In this document: positions 49,424 through 61,917 of the stretch, one piece after another
How positions within the stretch are numbered: position 1 is the stretch's first letter
Layout: each line of letters starts with the position of its first letter
From: Lepidodermella squamata
Taxonomy: Eukaryota > Animalia > Gastrotricha
Reading direction: 5' to 3'
Length of the DNA: 64,000 nt
Assembly (NCBI GenBank): GCA_047495785.1
Contig: JBLDXI010000015.1
Span: forward strand, 2,914,001 to 2,978,000
Translations under genes and position numbers: made by a program
The notes under the pieces: generated by a model
Database searches by the model: none
Told to the model about the DNA's origin: nothing
The model's input: only the letters and a program-made list of their open reading frames with translations

Positions 49424-51104
49424 ATGGATGCATTTTTCGTGATCAATATCAGCATCCTATTATTTGCCCTGCTTTTCAACTCCCTGGCCTTACAGGGCGC
49501 GTTTCTCGGGGACTTTGCCTTTCCAGGCTACAGACGCTTCTTGATCAGTCTAATCGTCAGCAATATCTACGTCATATTCGTTAATGACGCCATGTTTGCT
49601 GTGCAAGCTTTTGCTTTCTATTCGGCCAACTTTGACATGTCAGCATGCGCTGTGGTTGTCCTTCGCCGTCTTGCCGCGACTGGCTTCATCGCGAATCTCA
49701 TGAACTTTTGCGGGCTGTCCATCGACCATTTTATCGGCATGGTTTTCCCGCTAAACTACCGCCATGTAGTTCTTTCTGGATCTGAATGATTGTAACATGA
49801 ATTGAACTTATTTTTCAGTGGATGACGGACAAAGTTTCGATGGTAGCTGTGATCTGCATTTGGGCTGCTTCATTATTTACCGGTAAAGTTATCTGTATAA
49901 TTTGGATTACCATCCAGTAAGATTCTGGACTATCTTTAGGTTTTGCGGATTGTCCTATTAAGGCGATCCTTATGGTATCTGCTGAGGATGAGATAATTAT
50001 TCCGGTTAACGACATATATGAGGAAACAACTACGGCTATAACAACTTCTTCGACAACCATTACACGGCGCACGATTCGGACAGTTAAACCTATAAATAGG
50101 ACCACGCCTTCGAAAAAGCCGATGATCACTTATTTGAGTAAAGCAACGACTTCTATTACTACTACAGAAAGTACAAGCGATTATGCTGACGAGGACTTTT
50201 TCCCAGATTTCGCAACAAGTTGGTGCGATACTTACTTCGACTCTAGATACAACTTGTGGGTGGAGTGTTTCGCCCTTCTTCTCGCTGTTTGCGCCGTAAC
50301 ACTGCTCAGTGTCACAATATGCGCCATTCTCTCGGGGGTAAAACAGCAGGTTAATGTGTTAAGGACTTATGAAGGTATTGCTCCAATTTTCTAGACTATC
50401 TCCACAATTGCTGATATGGCTAAACGTAAGCTGCGGCACTTGGTTATCACTACAATGATGCTGCTGATCTCTTTTTGTTTCTGCTGGCTTCCATACGGTA
50501 GGGAAAGATTTCTAATTCTACAATTTCCAAAATTGGATCCCTTTAGCTTGTTACGAGTCCTTATGGGTGTTAATCGCCACCGCTGGAGGCAATGAAGACT
50601 ATCCTGTTGATTCTAGCTCCGACTTGATGCATAATCTGCTGTATTCCGCCTTTGTATGCTCAACTCTGTTCATGCCGATTGTATACATAGCTCGAAATCG
50701 AGTCGTACAAAGGTAAAATCCCTAATTCCCCATTTTTGATAACTTATCGCGATTTTTATAGGCAACTATTCCTAAAGTACGGTTTCCTCGTGCCTAAATG
50801 GGTATCTTGCCTTAGACCCGATGAGGCGACAAGCCAGTTGGCCGTTGTAGCTATCCGGCACCTATCTGGAACGGGAATGGTTCATAAAAAAACTCCGAAA
50901 ACTCCGAAAAGACCAACATCAATAAAAATAGTCAGTTTCAAAGCGAATCCAGTATGCCGAATCAACATTATACCCGCTTCGCCTGTCGAACTCGATGGTG
51001 ACGAGCCGGAAAAGGGTCTGCTAGCTAATCAAACACAGCAAGATCAAGTCGATAATGTGGTCAAGTGTGATATCACTGCCGACGAAATAATCATTGATCT
51101 GTGA
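49424..51104 (+). CDS. Orphan rhodopsin-like GPCR 4 with a Thr-rich ECL2
   Basis: YRRFLISLI, DHFIGMVFP, CWLPY and MPIVYIARN. The start codon is uncertain. Confidence 0.83.
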
Positions 51105-51591
51105 CGAAAGCGTACTACAATTTACATTTGAAAAATCAATATTTTGCACCAATTCCCAAGGATGGCGAATAAAAATTCAGTTTTACTGTCTGGCTGTCAA
51201 ATGAGTCACATGACCGAATCTATTATAAAAGGTCCGTATACAAGTAATTACAGTAAAAAAGTCGCTTCGCAAGATTGGCTGGCGAGCATAAAAGCTCAAA
51301 GCTTAACTGACATAATGAAACCTGCTCAAAGGCTTAATTCCCTTGTCACCGTCTCTGTAGACTCTAATGACTTGTGCCCAGAAAAAACTTCTCTAGAAGC
51401 CTAATTTGCCCGTATTGATTTGCATGAAATAGTAGCCATGTCATCGACCATATAAGCTGCTCATTTAATATTTTTGTTGACTCCCACCAGTACTGCGTAA
51501 TCGAATTTCGCCGAAGCTCTTGCCATTCATTCTACAGGGGTTTCAATTAATATTTCACAGCTTGTCGCTTGTTTTTATGCGAACACAATAT

Positions 51592-53237
51592 ATGTGCGAC
51601 GCAAGTCAGACTTTCAACATCTCAAACAGCTCAGAGGCATGCATTCAGCAGTTTTTCACGGAGCTCTTCCAAGATCAAGGCGAAAGCTACGTCGAAGCAG
51701 CACAGTTAGCGACGAACCTTGGACTCCTCCTTATCGGATATCTCAGCAACGCGATAGCTCTTCATGGCGCTATTCGCGGCTCCTTCAGCGTTCCGGGCTA
51801 TCGGCGTTTTCTCATCAGTCTTCTCGCCAGTGATTTCTACATTTTAACTGCTAATGGAGTTCAAATCCTACTGACGACATCGCTTTCTTTCGGGTATGAA
51901 TTTACTGCACCTTTCACAGCGTGTGCGATTGATGTGATCCAGCGGCTATCAACTACCGGTGTTTTGGTCAATATTCTAAACTTTGTACTTCTTTCCTATG
52001 ATCACTTTTCCCAAGTTGTTTATCCACATTCACACAATTTGGTAGGTCTCGGAATTTGTTACTTTGCATTTTAAGCTCAATGTTTTCCTATAGCTTGGCA
52101 ATGAAAAATCTGCGAAGATAGCAGTTGTCCTGGTTTGGCTATTATCCATTTTTACTGGCTATGTGGACTTCCCTGTGCGAGCCATTTTGTATCTCACTGA
52201 AAGTTCCAACCCTCCAAAACTTGCTAAACGAGGCTCGAAATCGAAAATTCGGAGCTTGAATAGAACCAGGCTAAAAGCTCCAAAGTTTACGCAATCAATG
52301 CAATACTCTGAAGATTCATCCGCAGATAGGGAAGCCAGAAGTAGCAAAGCGGTACCTCAATCATGGTGCAACGACAATGCAGCTTCGTCAAACAGCCTCT
52401 ACCGGATTTCCATGGACTTGTGCGTCTTTCTTCTTGCGTTTCTCATAATCATTCTATTGGTCATCCTCTGCGCGGTTGTGTTGCGAGAAACTTCCCGTTT
52501 AGTATCACGGCGACGCTTGCGTAGATCTATGACGACTGCAGTCATGCTTCTTGGCTTCTTCATTGCTTGGTAAGAGATATCATCACACTAGAAATACTTT
52601 GATTTATTTGCTTCTTTCAGTTGGATGCCGATTGTTTGTTACGAAACTGTCCTCGTGCTACCGGTGCTTATGGATAAAATGTTTGCGAAGGGCTCGCAGC
52701 GCTACTCAGCTTCGATTCGACGAATTTTCCCTGCAGATGTTGATGCAATAGTCCATCCGATCTGCTTCATGATCTTCATGCTCGCACCCACTGTACCTGC
52801 TATCATTTTCATCTTCAGGAATCGCCAAGTGAGCTCGTGAGTTTTGACCTTGATAATTAGTTCCCAATTAGCTGACCGGATTTTTGTTGTTTTCAAGGTT
52901 TTTGGCAAATCGTTATGGTAAATATTTGCCTGCGCCCTGTTACGATAGATTGTTTCTACGAAAGGTTTCCCTGTCTTCATCAATATCAAGCAGGCGACCG
53001 ACACTTGCCCCTTGCACCGAGCGTAGGCTGTCAGTCGTGCTCAAGTGGGATGCTTCAACGCGGACTTCAGTAGCTTTCTTGATGGCAAGGCCTGTCATCG
53101 AGGAAGAAGAAGAAGAGGGCGCCGATGAGAGCTTATTAGTTATGGAGCAGATGGTTGAAAGCCCTTCAACGGCTGAAAATTGTGCTAGAAATTACGCCGA
53201 TTCTCCACATAGTTCCTCTCTTTCTACAACCGCATGA
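51592..53237 (+). CDS. Orphan rhodopsin-like GPCR 5
   Basis: YRRFLISLL, DHFSQVVYP, spliced CWMP and IFIFRN. Confidence 0.85.
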
Positions 53238-53877
53238 ATTTATATAAAAAGGCATAACGATTATTGCAGATTATATAATCATTTTTCCGCGTTTTCAATC
53301 GAAGAATGTCGGGTGGGATAATGCAATTTCACACGCAATTACAGTCCGCCGATATACAGCTTTGATATTCCTACGATTACGCATCGGCTCATTCAAGGGG
53401 CTTGTGATGCTGAGAAGCGGAAGTCCAGCTGGAAATAGTATTTGATGCATTGACGATTTCACACTAACTTGCCACATTTTGAAATCATTAATACAGTATA
53501 TGGCTCTCGATTTAATAAGTCGCAGGTCGCAATCCCTACGCCCTACGCCTGCTAATCCCCGAATGTTTCGGACATTGACGAGGTTTGAAAATGCTCCGAG
53601 CGTGAAGGATTAATCTGCTGCTTTTCCAAATAAAAGCGAGAACGTGGTTTGTACTCATCGACTGAATTTTAAATTCATTTAATGAGAGCGTCGTAAATAT
53701 TTCCCATACTGGGAACAAAGCGTTTTTGTCATTTGAGCGTTTAATTATTTATCGATTCCGCCATTTGAATAGCATTTAAGCATGCTCACATGCGCATATT
53801 AGGTAGATATTTTACCAAATAATTTGAACCGAATGGAAGAGTGATTAGCCATTTTTTGCTGTTGATTAATCGGATCG

Positions 53878-55333
53878 ATGCGGAAAATGGAGCTAAATTC
53901 TAGTGACCAATATTTGGACGATTACTTCAGCGAATTATTCGACGACAGTAATCGCCTCTCTTCTGAAGCTCTTCAAATTACTGTAAATGCTTTGCTGGTA
54001 ATTATTGGCATTCTGATCAATGCCATTGCCCTGCAAGGAGCTTTTCAAGGCACATTCAGCCTACCGGGTTATCGGCGATTCCTCATAAGTCTGCTTTCAA
54101 GTGATTTGTACATTTGTCTCGCAAATGGCGTCCAAACTCTGCTGACATTTTTGTTAAGCAACGAGTACATTTACCCTGAAAATTCTTACAACGCCTTGGA
54201 TATCGTGCAAAGGATCACACTCACCGGCATTTTGGCTCACATTTTAAATTTCATGATCCTCTCTTTCGACCACTTCGCTCAGGTTGTCTATCCACATGCA
54301 TATAATATTGTAGGCTTTGAACTCATGTTAAATGCCGGCTGATTTGTTTTTCTTACAGTTGGGGAGCACTCATGCATCGAATATTGCGATACCCATAGTC
54401 TGGATAGTGTCGATTATTGTCGGTTTTATAGACTTCCCTATCCGAAGTGCGATTACGGCTCTAGATAATCTTTATGTTAGCGAAAAGGTGGCCTCTGATC
54501 CCGCCACAGCCTCCGTCACGAGGAGGAGCCAATCGAACACGAAATACAGACAAACTACAACCAGCATGACTACAGAACCAGTGGTTTACAGAAACCTAAC
54601 TTCCAATAGTCTCTATCGCATTTCAATAGATCTAGCTGTCTTTCTACTCGCAATATTTCTCATGGTTTTCCTCATTGTCCTGTGTGGCATTGTTGTCAAA
54701 GAAACGACAAGGCTTAACTCTCGTCGTCGCCTTAGGCGGTCCATGATGACCGCTATTCTGCTTCTGGGTTGTTTCGTCGCGTGGTAATTAACTCCTCTAA
54801 TTAAAGTATTTGCTTATATTTCTATGTTATTAGCTGGGCACCGATCGTTTGCTACGAGATGGTACTAGCTTCCCCGGTGATTCTTGACCAAATTTTTTCG
54901 CCAGAATTTCATCAATTTGCGACTGGTATCCGCAGCATTTTTCCGGCTCAAGTCGATGAGATTCTCCACCCGATCTGTTTTACGATATTTATGTTCGCAC
55001 CCATCTTCCCTCCGCTGATTTTCATCTTCCGGAATCGTCAAATCAACAAGTTTGTCATGTTGCTAATTGATTATGACCAGTTGAAATAAGTCACTTTGTC
55101 GCATCAATAGATTCCTAATTACTCGCTACGCTAGAATCTTGCCGGAGAGTTGCATTCAGAACAGTATAGATCGGAACTTCTCTACGTCGGCTCGGCAGTC
55201 CATGGATGAGCGCAGGGCGTCGACTGCAATTATGTTGAAATGGGACAGCCAGCAGAAAGCGACCGTGGCTTATTTGATTAGGAAAAGTGCGGCTGAAGCG
55301 GAAAAAATTACGATGAACATTGCCAATGGATGA
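53878..55333 (+). CDS. Orphan rhodopsin-like GPCR 6
   Basis: YRRFLISLL, DHFAQVVYP, spliced CWAP and PPLIFIFRN. Confidence 0.85.
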
Positions 55334-56113
55334 CGCGCTCTAGTTATATTATATATATTATATAGGTTGACACCCTCCGGCTATAATTCAATTTTCAGTT
55401 TCTAGCAACATTTGCTATGAATTCATTATGGGTTAAACAAATAAAATCCGAATAAATAAGTATACCTTTAGGAAAAGAATGACTGATCCCTAGATTTCGG
55501 GATTTATAAACAGACGGAGAATGCGCCCTCATCAATGACCCGCAAGTATGTCCTAAATTATGTTGGTCCAAGAACATTTGGAAGTGGATGAAGGGTGCGA
55601 GATGAATCTTTCATGAACGGAGCATAACTGCAGCTTCGTCCGTCGCAGAATTAAGCTGTTTTTGTTATTGTTCGATAAAACGCCGGCAAAATCAGTCGAT
55701 TTTTGCTTCAAAGAAATGCCTCCTATAACAATCTACGCCTGCGTTCTGCATTTAGTATATACAATATACTAAATATACATATACAGCGGCAGTCCTTTTA
55801 TTACGCATGCATACATGCACAGGAAATTATCAACGACGACAAGGACCATTCCACAGTTTTTGATAGTATTACAATTACGCATTTATGCATAGCTCATTCA
55901 ATTCACTTTTCCATATTTTTAATCAGTTAATGTATATATATAGAAAAATATACGGAGGGAATCGATGCCTCACACGCAGCAGCCGAAGATAAGGATACGC
56001 GCGAAGGTCCCATTATAATCTTCAATTTTCTCTAACATGCTTTCGCTCACATCGATATGAATTTCATTGATCAATTTCGGTTCCGAACATAAGGAAAGCT
56101 ACTTCGAGACAAT

Positions 56114-57829
56114 ATGGATGTGTCACTGAACGAATCATTGCTCAGCCCCTACGAAAATCAAAGTATGCCGAAAGGCTATTCATCGGTTGATAACACATTG
56201 GACCTATACTTCTCGGAGCTTTATGCCGGTGAAAATGACGACTTTTGGTCCGAACTTGTGCAGCTAATAATCAACGCTTCATTTTTAATCATCGGATTCG
56301 TTGCAAACATTATCGCTTTGCAAGGCACGATTCGAGGGACCTTCAGCTTACCCGGTTATCGCCGATTCATGATTAGCCTGCTATCTAGTGACATTTACAT
56401 CAGCACTGCTAATGGGATACAAATTTGGCTGTCGACAACAGTCAGTTTGGGTCAGGATATAACAGCACCGTATACATACTGCGTTATTGATTTCATTCAA
56501 CGGGTTACAACTACCGGCGTACTCGCGAACACCTTTTGCTTTGTCATCCTTTCTTTCGACCACTTCATCCAAGTCGTTTATCCTCACTCATATGACGTGG
56601 TAAGGAATTTTTCATTCTGCAATTTTGAGCTATAGATATTATATTATTTTGCAGCTTAGCAGTGAAGCTAGCGCGAAGATAGTAATATCGATTGTCTGGA
56701 TAATATCCCTCACTGCTGGTTTCGTGGACTATCCCATAAGAGCTCTGATAGCTTCATTTGGACACGAACCTGCAGTTAGCAAATCTGAGGTTTCACGGCC
56801 AGAAACGAACGAAACGATAGAGACAGATCAACATTCTATCACATTCGCTGTCGTTTCTTTGGCTCCCCAAGTTCCTTCAACGGTTTTCCCACCATTTGCA
56901 TCAAGTCTTTCATCACTGGAACAATTCGAGACTAATTTGACCCGATCGTTGCGGTCAGTGGGCGAGACGACACTTGATTCATACATTGATTCCCTCGGGG
57001 ATTCTGCGGCGACAACCCCTGCACAGAAACCAGGGTGTGACGATAACGAAATGTCGCCAAATAATATTTATCGAATTTCAATGGACCTTTCCGTGTTCAT
57101 TCTATCCGTCTTTCTCATGATCTTTCTTGTCATTCTGTGCGGTTTTGTGGTCAAAGAATCCAACCGCTCGACATCACGGCGAAAACTTCGGCGATCAATG
57201 GTGACTGCGATTTTACTACTCGGATGCTTCATTATCTGGTAAGTCAGGGCTATTTCCATCCACTAGGTCTAAAACTAAATGTTTCTCGATTTTGGTAGCT
57301 GGGCGCCAATAGTGTGCTATGAAATGATGCTGGCTATTCCCGTTCTTCTCGATTATTTCTTCTCACCAGATTCATCGTATAATTATTACTCATCAGGCGT
57401 GCGAGAGGTCTTCTCTGCGGAGGCTGACACGATCATTCATCCAATTTGCTTTTCGATATTCATGCTGTCCCCCGCAACCCCTCCTATAATTTTCATCTTC
57501 CGCAATCGACAAGTCAATAGGTATTTATTCATAGAAATTAGCCTTTAATCTTTATCGATTGATGGGCCCATTTACATAGGTATCTGGTCACGCATTATGG
57601 TAATCTCATTCCGGCATGCTGTCTGAAGAGCAAGTTAATGAGCCAGCACCGCGGGAGCATCTGCTCGATTCGCACCCCACCGATGCTTCCACCGGGCAGC
57701 GAGGAAGACGGTGCGTCATTCATCGCGATAGATCGAAGACCTTCGCAAGCTTACAGCCTGAAGCGGGTAACGTTCCGTGCCAATCAACAGGACGAATCGT
57801 TTTTCATAGACAACGTGCCGCCTCAATAA
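56114..57829 (+). CDS. Orphan rhodopsin-like GPCR 7
   Basis: YRRFMISLL, DHFIQVVYP, spliced CWAP and PPIIFIFRN. Confidence 0.85.
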
Positions 57830-58111
57830 GATTAGTATTTTCCACGCCCCGATGATGTTTACTTCTTTTACGCACTTTTCTTTATTAAATTTTTGAGATG
57901 AAGCAACTCGCAAATTTAGACTCGTGACTTTATTTTGATCACCGATGAGAAAATGTTCATTAGCTCTTGATTGCAGGCATCAGTTCGAATGCTATCGATA
58001 GTCCGCCGTTTCGAACAGTCTCTCGCGTTACGTTACCGAGAATGACGCGGACAAGTCCTAGACGGGCATCAAATTCCAAAAGTAGACAATCAAAGTAAAA
58101 TCAACACGCGA

Positions 58112-58420
58112 CTAACCTGCGCCATAGCTTACTCTCAGACGTAGAATGTGCGTAACGCGGCCTGAAGACAGCGACTTAGCTCGATTAAAACATACGATCT
58201 TGAACTCCGTAGGCTTGACCGTCCTGTTCGTGAATTCAACGAATTTGTCCTGCAAGCTCAATTTCTTAGACAGATATTCCAATCGCTGAAGGGCGACCGT
58301 GTTATTTGCACATTCAAGAACTGGTACAGCATTTGCCCTTTCCGCAACTTTACCAGAAATTGCCCACTCCACAAAGCAAATTAAAAAGGCCGACGAAAAA
58401 AATCCTACGAGTCGATACAT
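58112..58420 (-). CDS. Putative small secreted protein; 3' end uncertain
   Basis: Signal-like MYRLVGFFSSAFLICFVEWAIS followed by about 80 open codons. Possible splice donor GTAAG near 58132. Confidence 0.45.
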   Translation of the reverse strand: MYRLVGFFSSAFLICFVEWAISGKVAERANAVPVLECANNTVALQRLEYLSKKLSLQDKFVEFTNRTVKPTEFKIVCFNRAKSLSSGRVTHILRLRVSYGAG

Positions 58421-59187
58421 TTTAGCATTAGTTTTATTGAAAAAAGATGAAATCATTTATTAAATAGGGTGTAAAAAGATCATTAATCATTGTCGTCTGA
58501 TGGATAATCCCAGTTATAGTGTTATTTTCGGGCTATAAATTCGCACGTGTGTTCCGATTAAAATCTGCGCTTAAATGCGTAAATAAAAAGTGACGCGATA
58601 TAAATTAACGGCCAAGAGCAGGAAGATTTTTCTATTAAGGCTGAGCGTGTTACTAGCCCATTGCCTTTGTTTGAGCGTGAGTCATCGATCGATGGAATGA
58701 GTCGCGCGCGCGCGCACCTGGGATAGCGTCCCACAACACGCGAGATAATATGACGTTTAAATTCTTGATTGCCGCGCGACGCAAAAGTGGAAGATCAATT
58801 TGACGATGACGACATGCAGGTGATGATGTTTGCTCATTCTCGAGCAGACATCTTCATCCTAAACTTGAGCAAATACTGATGTTGGCTTGCAGTGTCGAAG
58901 AAAGGACAGAGGGGAAGAAAAAACACAGAGCGCTGGTATTTTTAATGGGAATTTTATGCCGTGCCTAAAACCTGACTCATGCACATTAACGGACACTCAT
59001 CAGACTTACCAGGTCGGAAATCACGATTGTTTCGTGTGCACTTTTCGAGTTCCTAACACGGACGTATAATGCTCGGGACAAAGCTTTTTATTAAATTAGC
59101 TTTTCTGGTGTCTATTATATCAACTACAGGTTAGCTGAAAGATGATCGATGACTAATTTCTATTTCAAACTATTTTTTTTAATAAAG

Positions 59188-61717
59188 ATGCTCTAACGAG
59201 TTGTACTAAAGCCGCCGATTGCGGTATGAACCAGTACTGCAGGTATTACGACCATTCAAAAGAAATTCCTCCCCTGTGGCCACCGTGTCCTCATTTTGGA
59301 TTGTGCGTCTGCGTGGAAAATACCTTAATGCTCCAAAATGGATCTTGCACCCCAAGTAAATTCATTATTGTACGGACGATTTCCACCTTAATTATTCTTT
59401 TTTTATTAAGTCACATTGCTCAAATTGGGAGACAACTGCACGGGATCGGTCAATGAGCGAGTTGTGAATCCTGAAATGATGAGATGCCAAGCTGGTGTTG
59501 TGGTCTGCAACTGGCCATACGCCCCCGATGATAACAACAACACCTGCTTGGTAACAACGACAACCCAAACAACATCAACAACGACAACTAATTTGCCAAC
59601 CACTCAATTTATCGCTCCTTCTCAGCCCTTGTTCAACAATTTTACTCTATCGATTTTAGCCGTGACTTTACCACCATCGACTACTCCTATTCAGTTTAGC
59701 GGGGCTACTCGGCCTGTCCAAGCGGATCAAGCCAGTAGCGACTCGACTTTCGCAAACTATCTGGCATCATGCAATCCTGCTAATCGACTGTTCTGCGACC
59801 AGCCCCGCCAAGGTTTATGTTGTCTTCTCCGCGGGCCTGATCCCAACTACCAACAGTGCCAATGCTGCGACCCTCATAGCACATTTGACATGACTCTGAA
59901 TAGATGCCGTCCTAGACTTTACGGCGATCTATGCGTAAGTGATGAAGATTGTAACAGCGGTTTGATTGGTAGCACCGGTTTCGAGTGCCGGCTGGGGAAG
60001 TGTCGATGTGCTACTAATTTTGAACCTATTGACAACTTGTATTGGAATGAAACTGGAAGGTCGACATACGTCAGACGGATATGTGTCATTCAGGGAGCTA
60101 CAACATGGGTACCAACCGGTCACGAATGCACTATGAATCCAGTAATATGAAGCTTTCTGATTTCCCTATATTTTCATTTTCCTTAATTATAGCATGTCTA
60201 CTCGCAATACAATACCACGAGGATTTGTCACACGAGAGCTTTTTGCCACCAGTGCTTTCGTGAGCGGATAAGCTTTACCGACGCTCGAAGCCGCACTGTT
60301 GGGGTATGCCGTGAAATCGCTTGCTCTGGCGATTTAGAGTGTCAATCCGGCATGAAATGCAATAAATGGAACTTCATGGTCGATCCGCCTTGTGAACGGG
60401 GCATGTGTGACTGCGACAAAGCCAACGCTTACTACCTCGACCGCTATAGCCGCTGCTCGCCATGTGAGCTGCCATAAATTAACTGAATTTTGTTTCATTC
60501 TTTCTTCATTATTTAGATCGATTATTAACTCTAGGAGATCGATGCATTTTGAATTATCCCTTTGGTCTCTACCCCTGGTTTCAGACGAATGAGGACTGGG
60601 ATGGGAAGCGTGATTGTGTTCAGGTGCGAGGTGCCGCAGTTTCCGTTTTCACCGGAGTAATCAAGTGCTCATTACCACTCTTCGAAGAGGTGGACGGAAA
60701 TTGCGTTCCGAACAATGAAACAACAAGTTCGCTGCTAATCAAACGCAGCTACGGCGAGGCATGCGACGACTCGGACTCCCGGCAGCCACGTGTTGTCTGT
60801 GATTCGGACAAAAAGTTGAACTGCTTCAAGAAAAAATGCTTGTGTACCGAGAATGATGCAGCTGTGCCTAGCTACATTTTCTGGGATGGCACCACCTGCA
60901 GACCGAGTGAGTACATTTAAACCCAGAGTTTTAGAACGGAGTATATTTATACACTGACAGAGACACTTGGAGACGCGTGCAAAACTGACGTTGAATGCTT
61001 GACGGGATCTTACTACCCGCCGACCGTGGTGGGAGCTCGATGTTTGAAAAATATCTGCGCTTGTTCGGAAAATTTTACTTCGATCGATGTCAACAACTTG
61101 GTTTTCGACAATGGAGCTAATACGCAGAAAATCACGAAAACCAAGTACTGCTTCCCTCCTAATGTCACTATAGTCAACAAAGGTAATGTGTCTATAGTCT
61201 ATACTACAATAGAAATAATGGTCACTAGAATATCTCACTAGAAATAATGGCAAACCTTGTGATTTTAAGGGGGCGAGTGTCATAACGACGTCATTGGATA
61301 CGCTGAAGATTCATTGCTGCTACCTGAGTCGCCCGGTCCTGCTTTAATATGTGACGCCGCTCAGGACCTGTTTTGCCTCCGTTGCCCGGCTGATTTCGGC
61401 CCTGATGACGAAACGAGAGGAATTTGCCGTAAGCTTTGAGCTAAATAATCAGTTATTCTTGGTGTAATATAAGAGATTATAGGGAGTTTCAAGCTACCAC
61501 CATTCTTACCGCCGCCGAATTTTGTGGCTCTATGCGGCACTGTGGGTCTAACGACGCAGATTCTGGCCGATGCTATAACAACTCCGGCAATGACCTCGCC
61601 TGTACCAGTTGGCCAGGTGGCGCGGTGCCATGCAGCGATTCAGAGAGCTGTCTTTGGACAATCAGTGCTGATATTACTTTCGATCACAAGTTTCGTAATT
61701 TACTGACGTGTAGTTAG
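59188..61717 (+). CDS. Cys-rich extracellular protein with EB-module-like repeats; first exon not resolved
   Basis: Repeated G-x-x-C-x-x-D-x-x-C...C-x-x-x-x-C-x-C units (YGDLCVSDEDC, LGDACKTDVEC) over several short-intron exons, plus a Thr-rich segment. Confidence 0.75.
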
Positions 61718-61917
61718 TGTTTGTTAAGCAAAGCTATTTTTGTCAAAGTAAAGTATATTTTCTAGCCTTCATATCACGTCTTTTCGCCTGTGTAGTCCAG
61801 TTTTTTTATTTTTACAAAACCTTTGATCTTTGGTAAAGTTTTTATTGCCTCTTGGCTTTAATATTGTCGATAAATAATTTGGCATAATTTAGCTTTCATC
61901 ATGACAGCTTTATCGTA

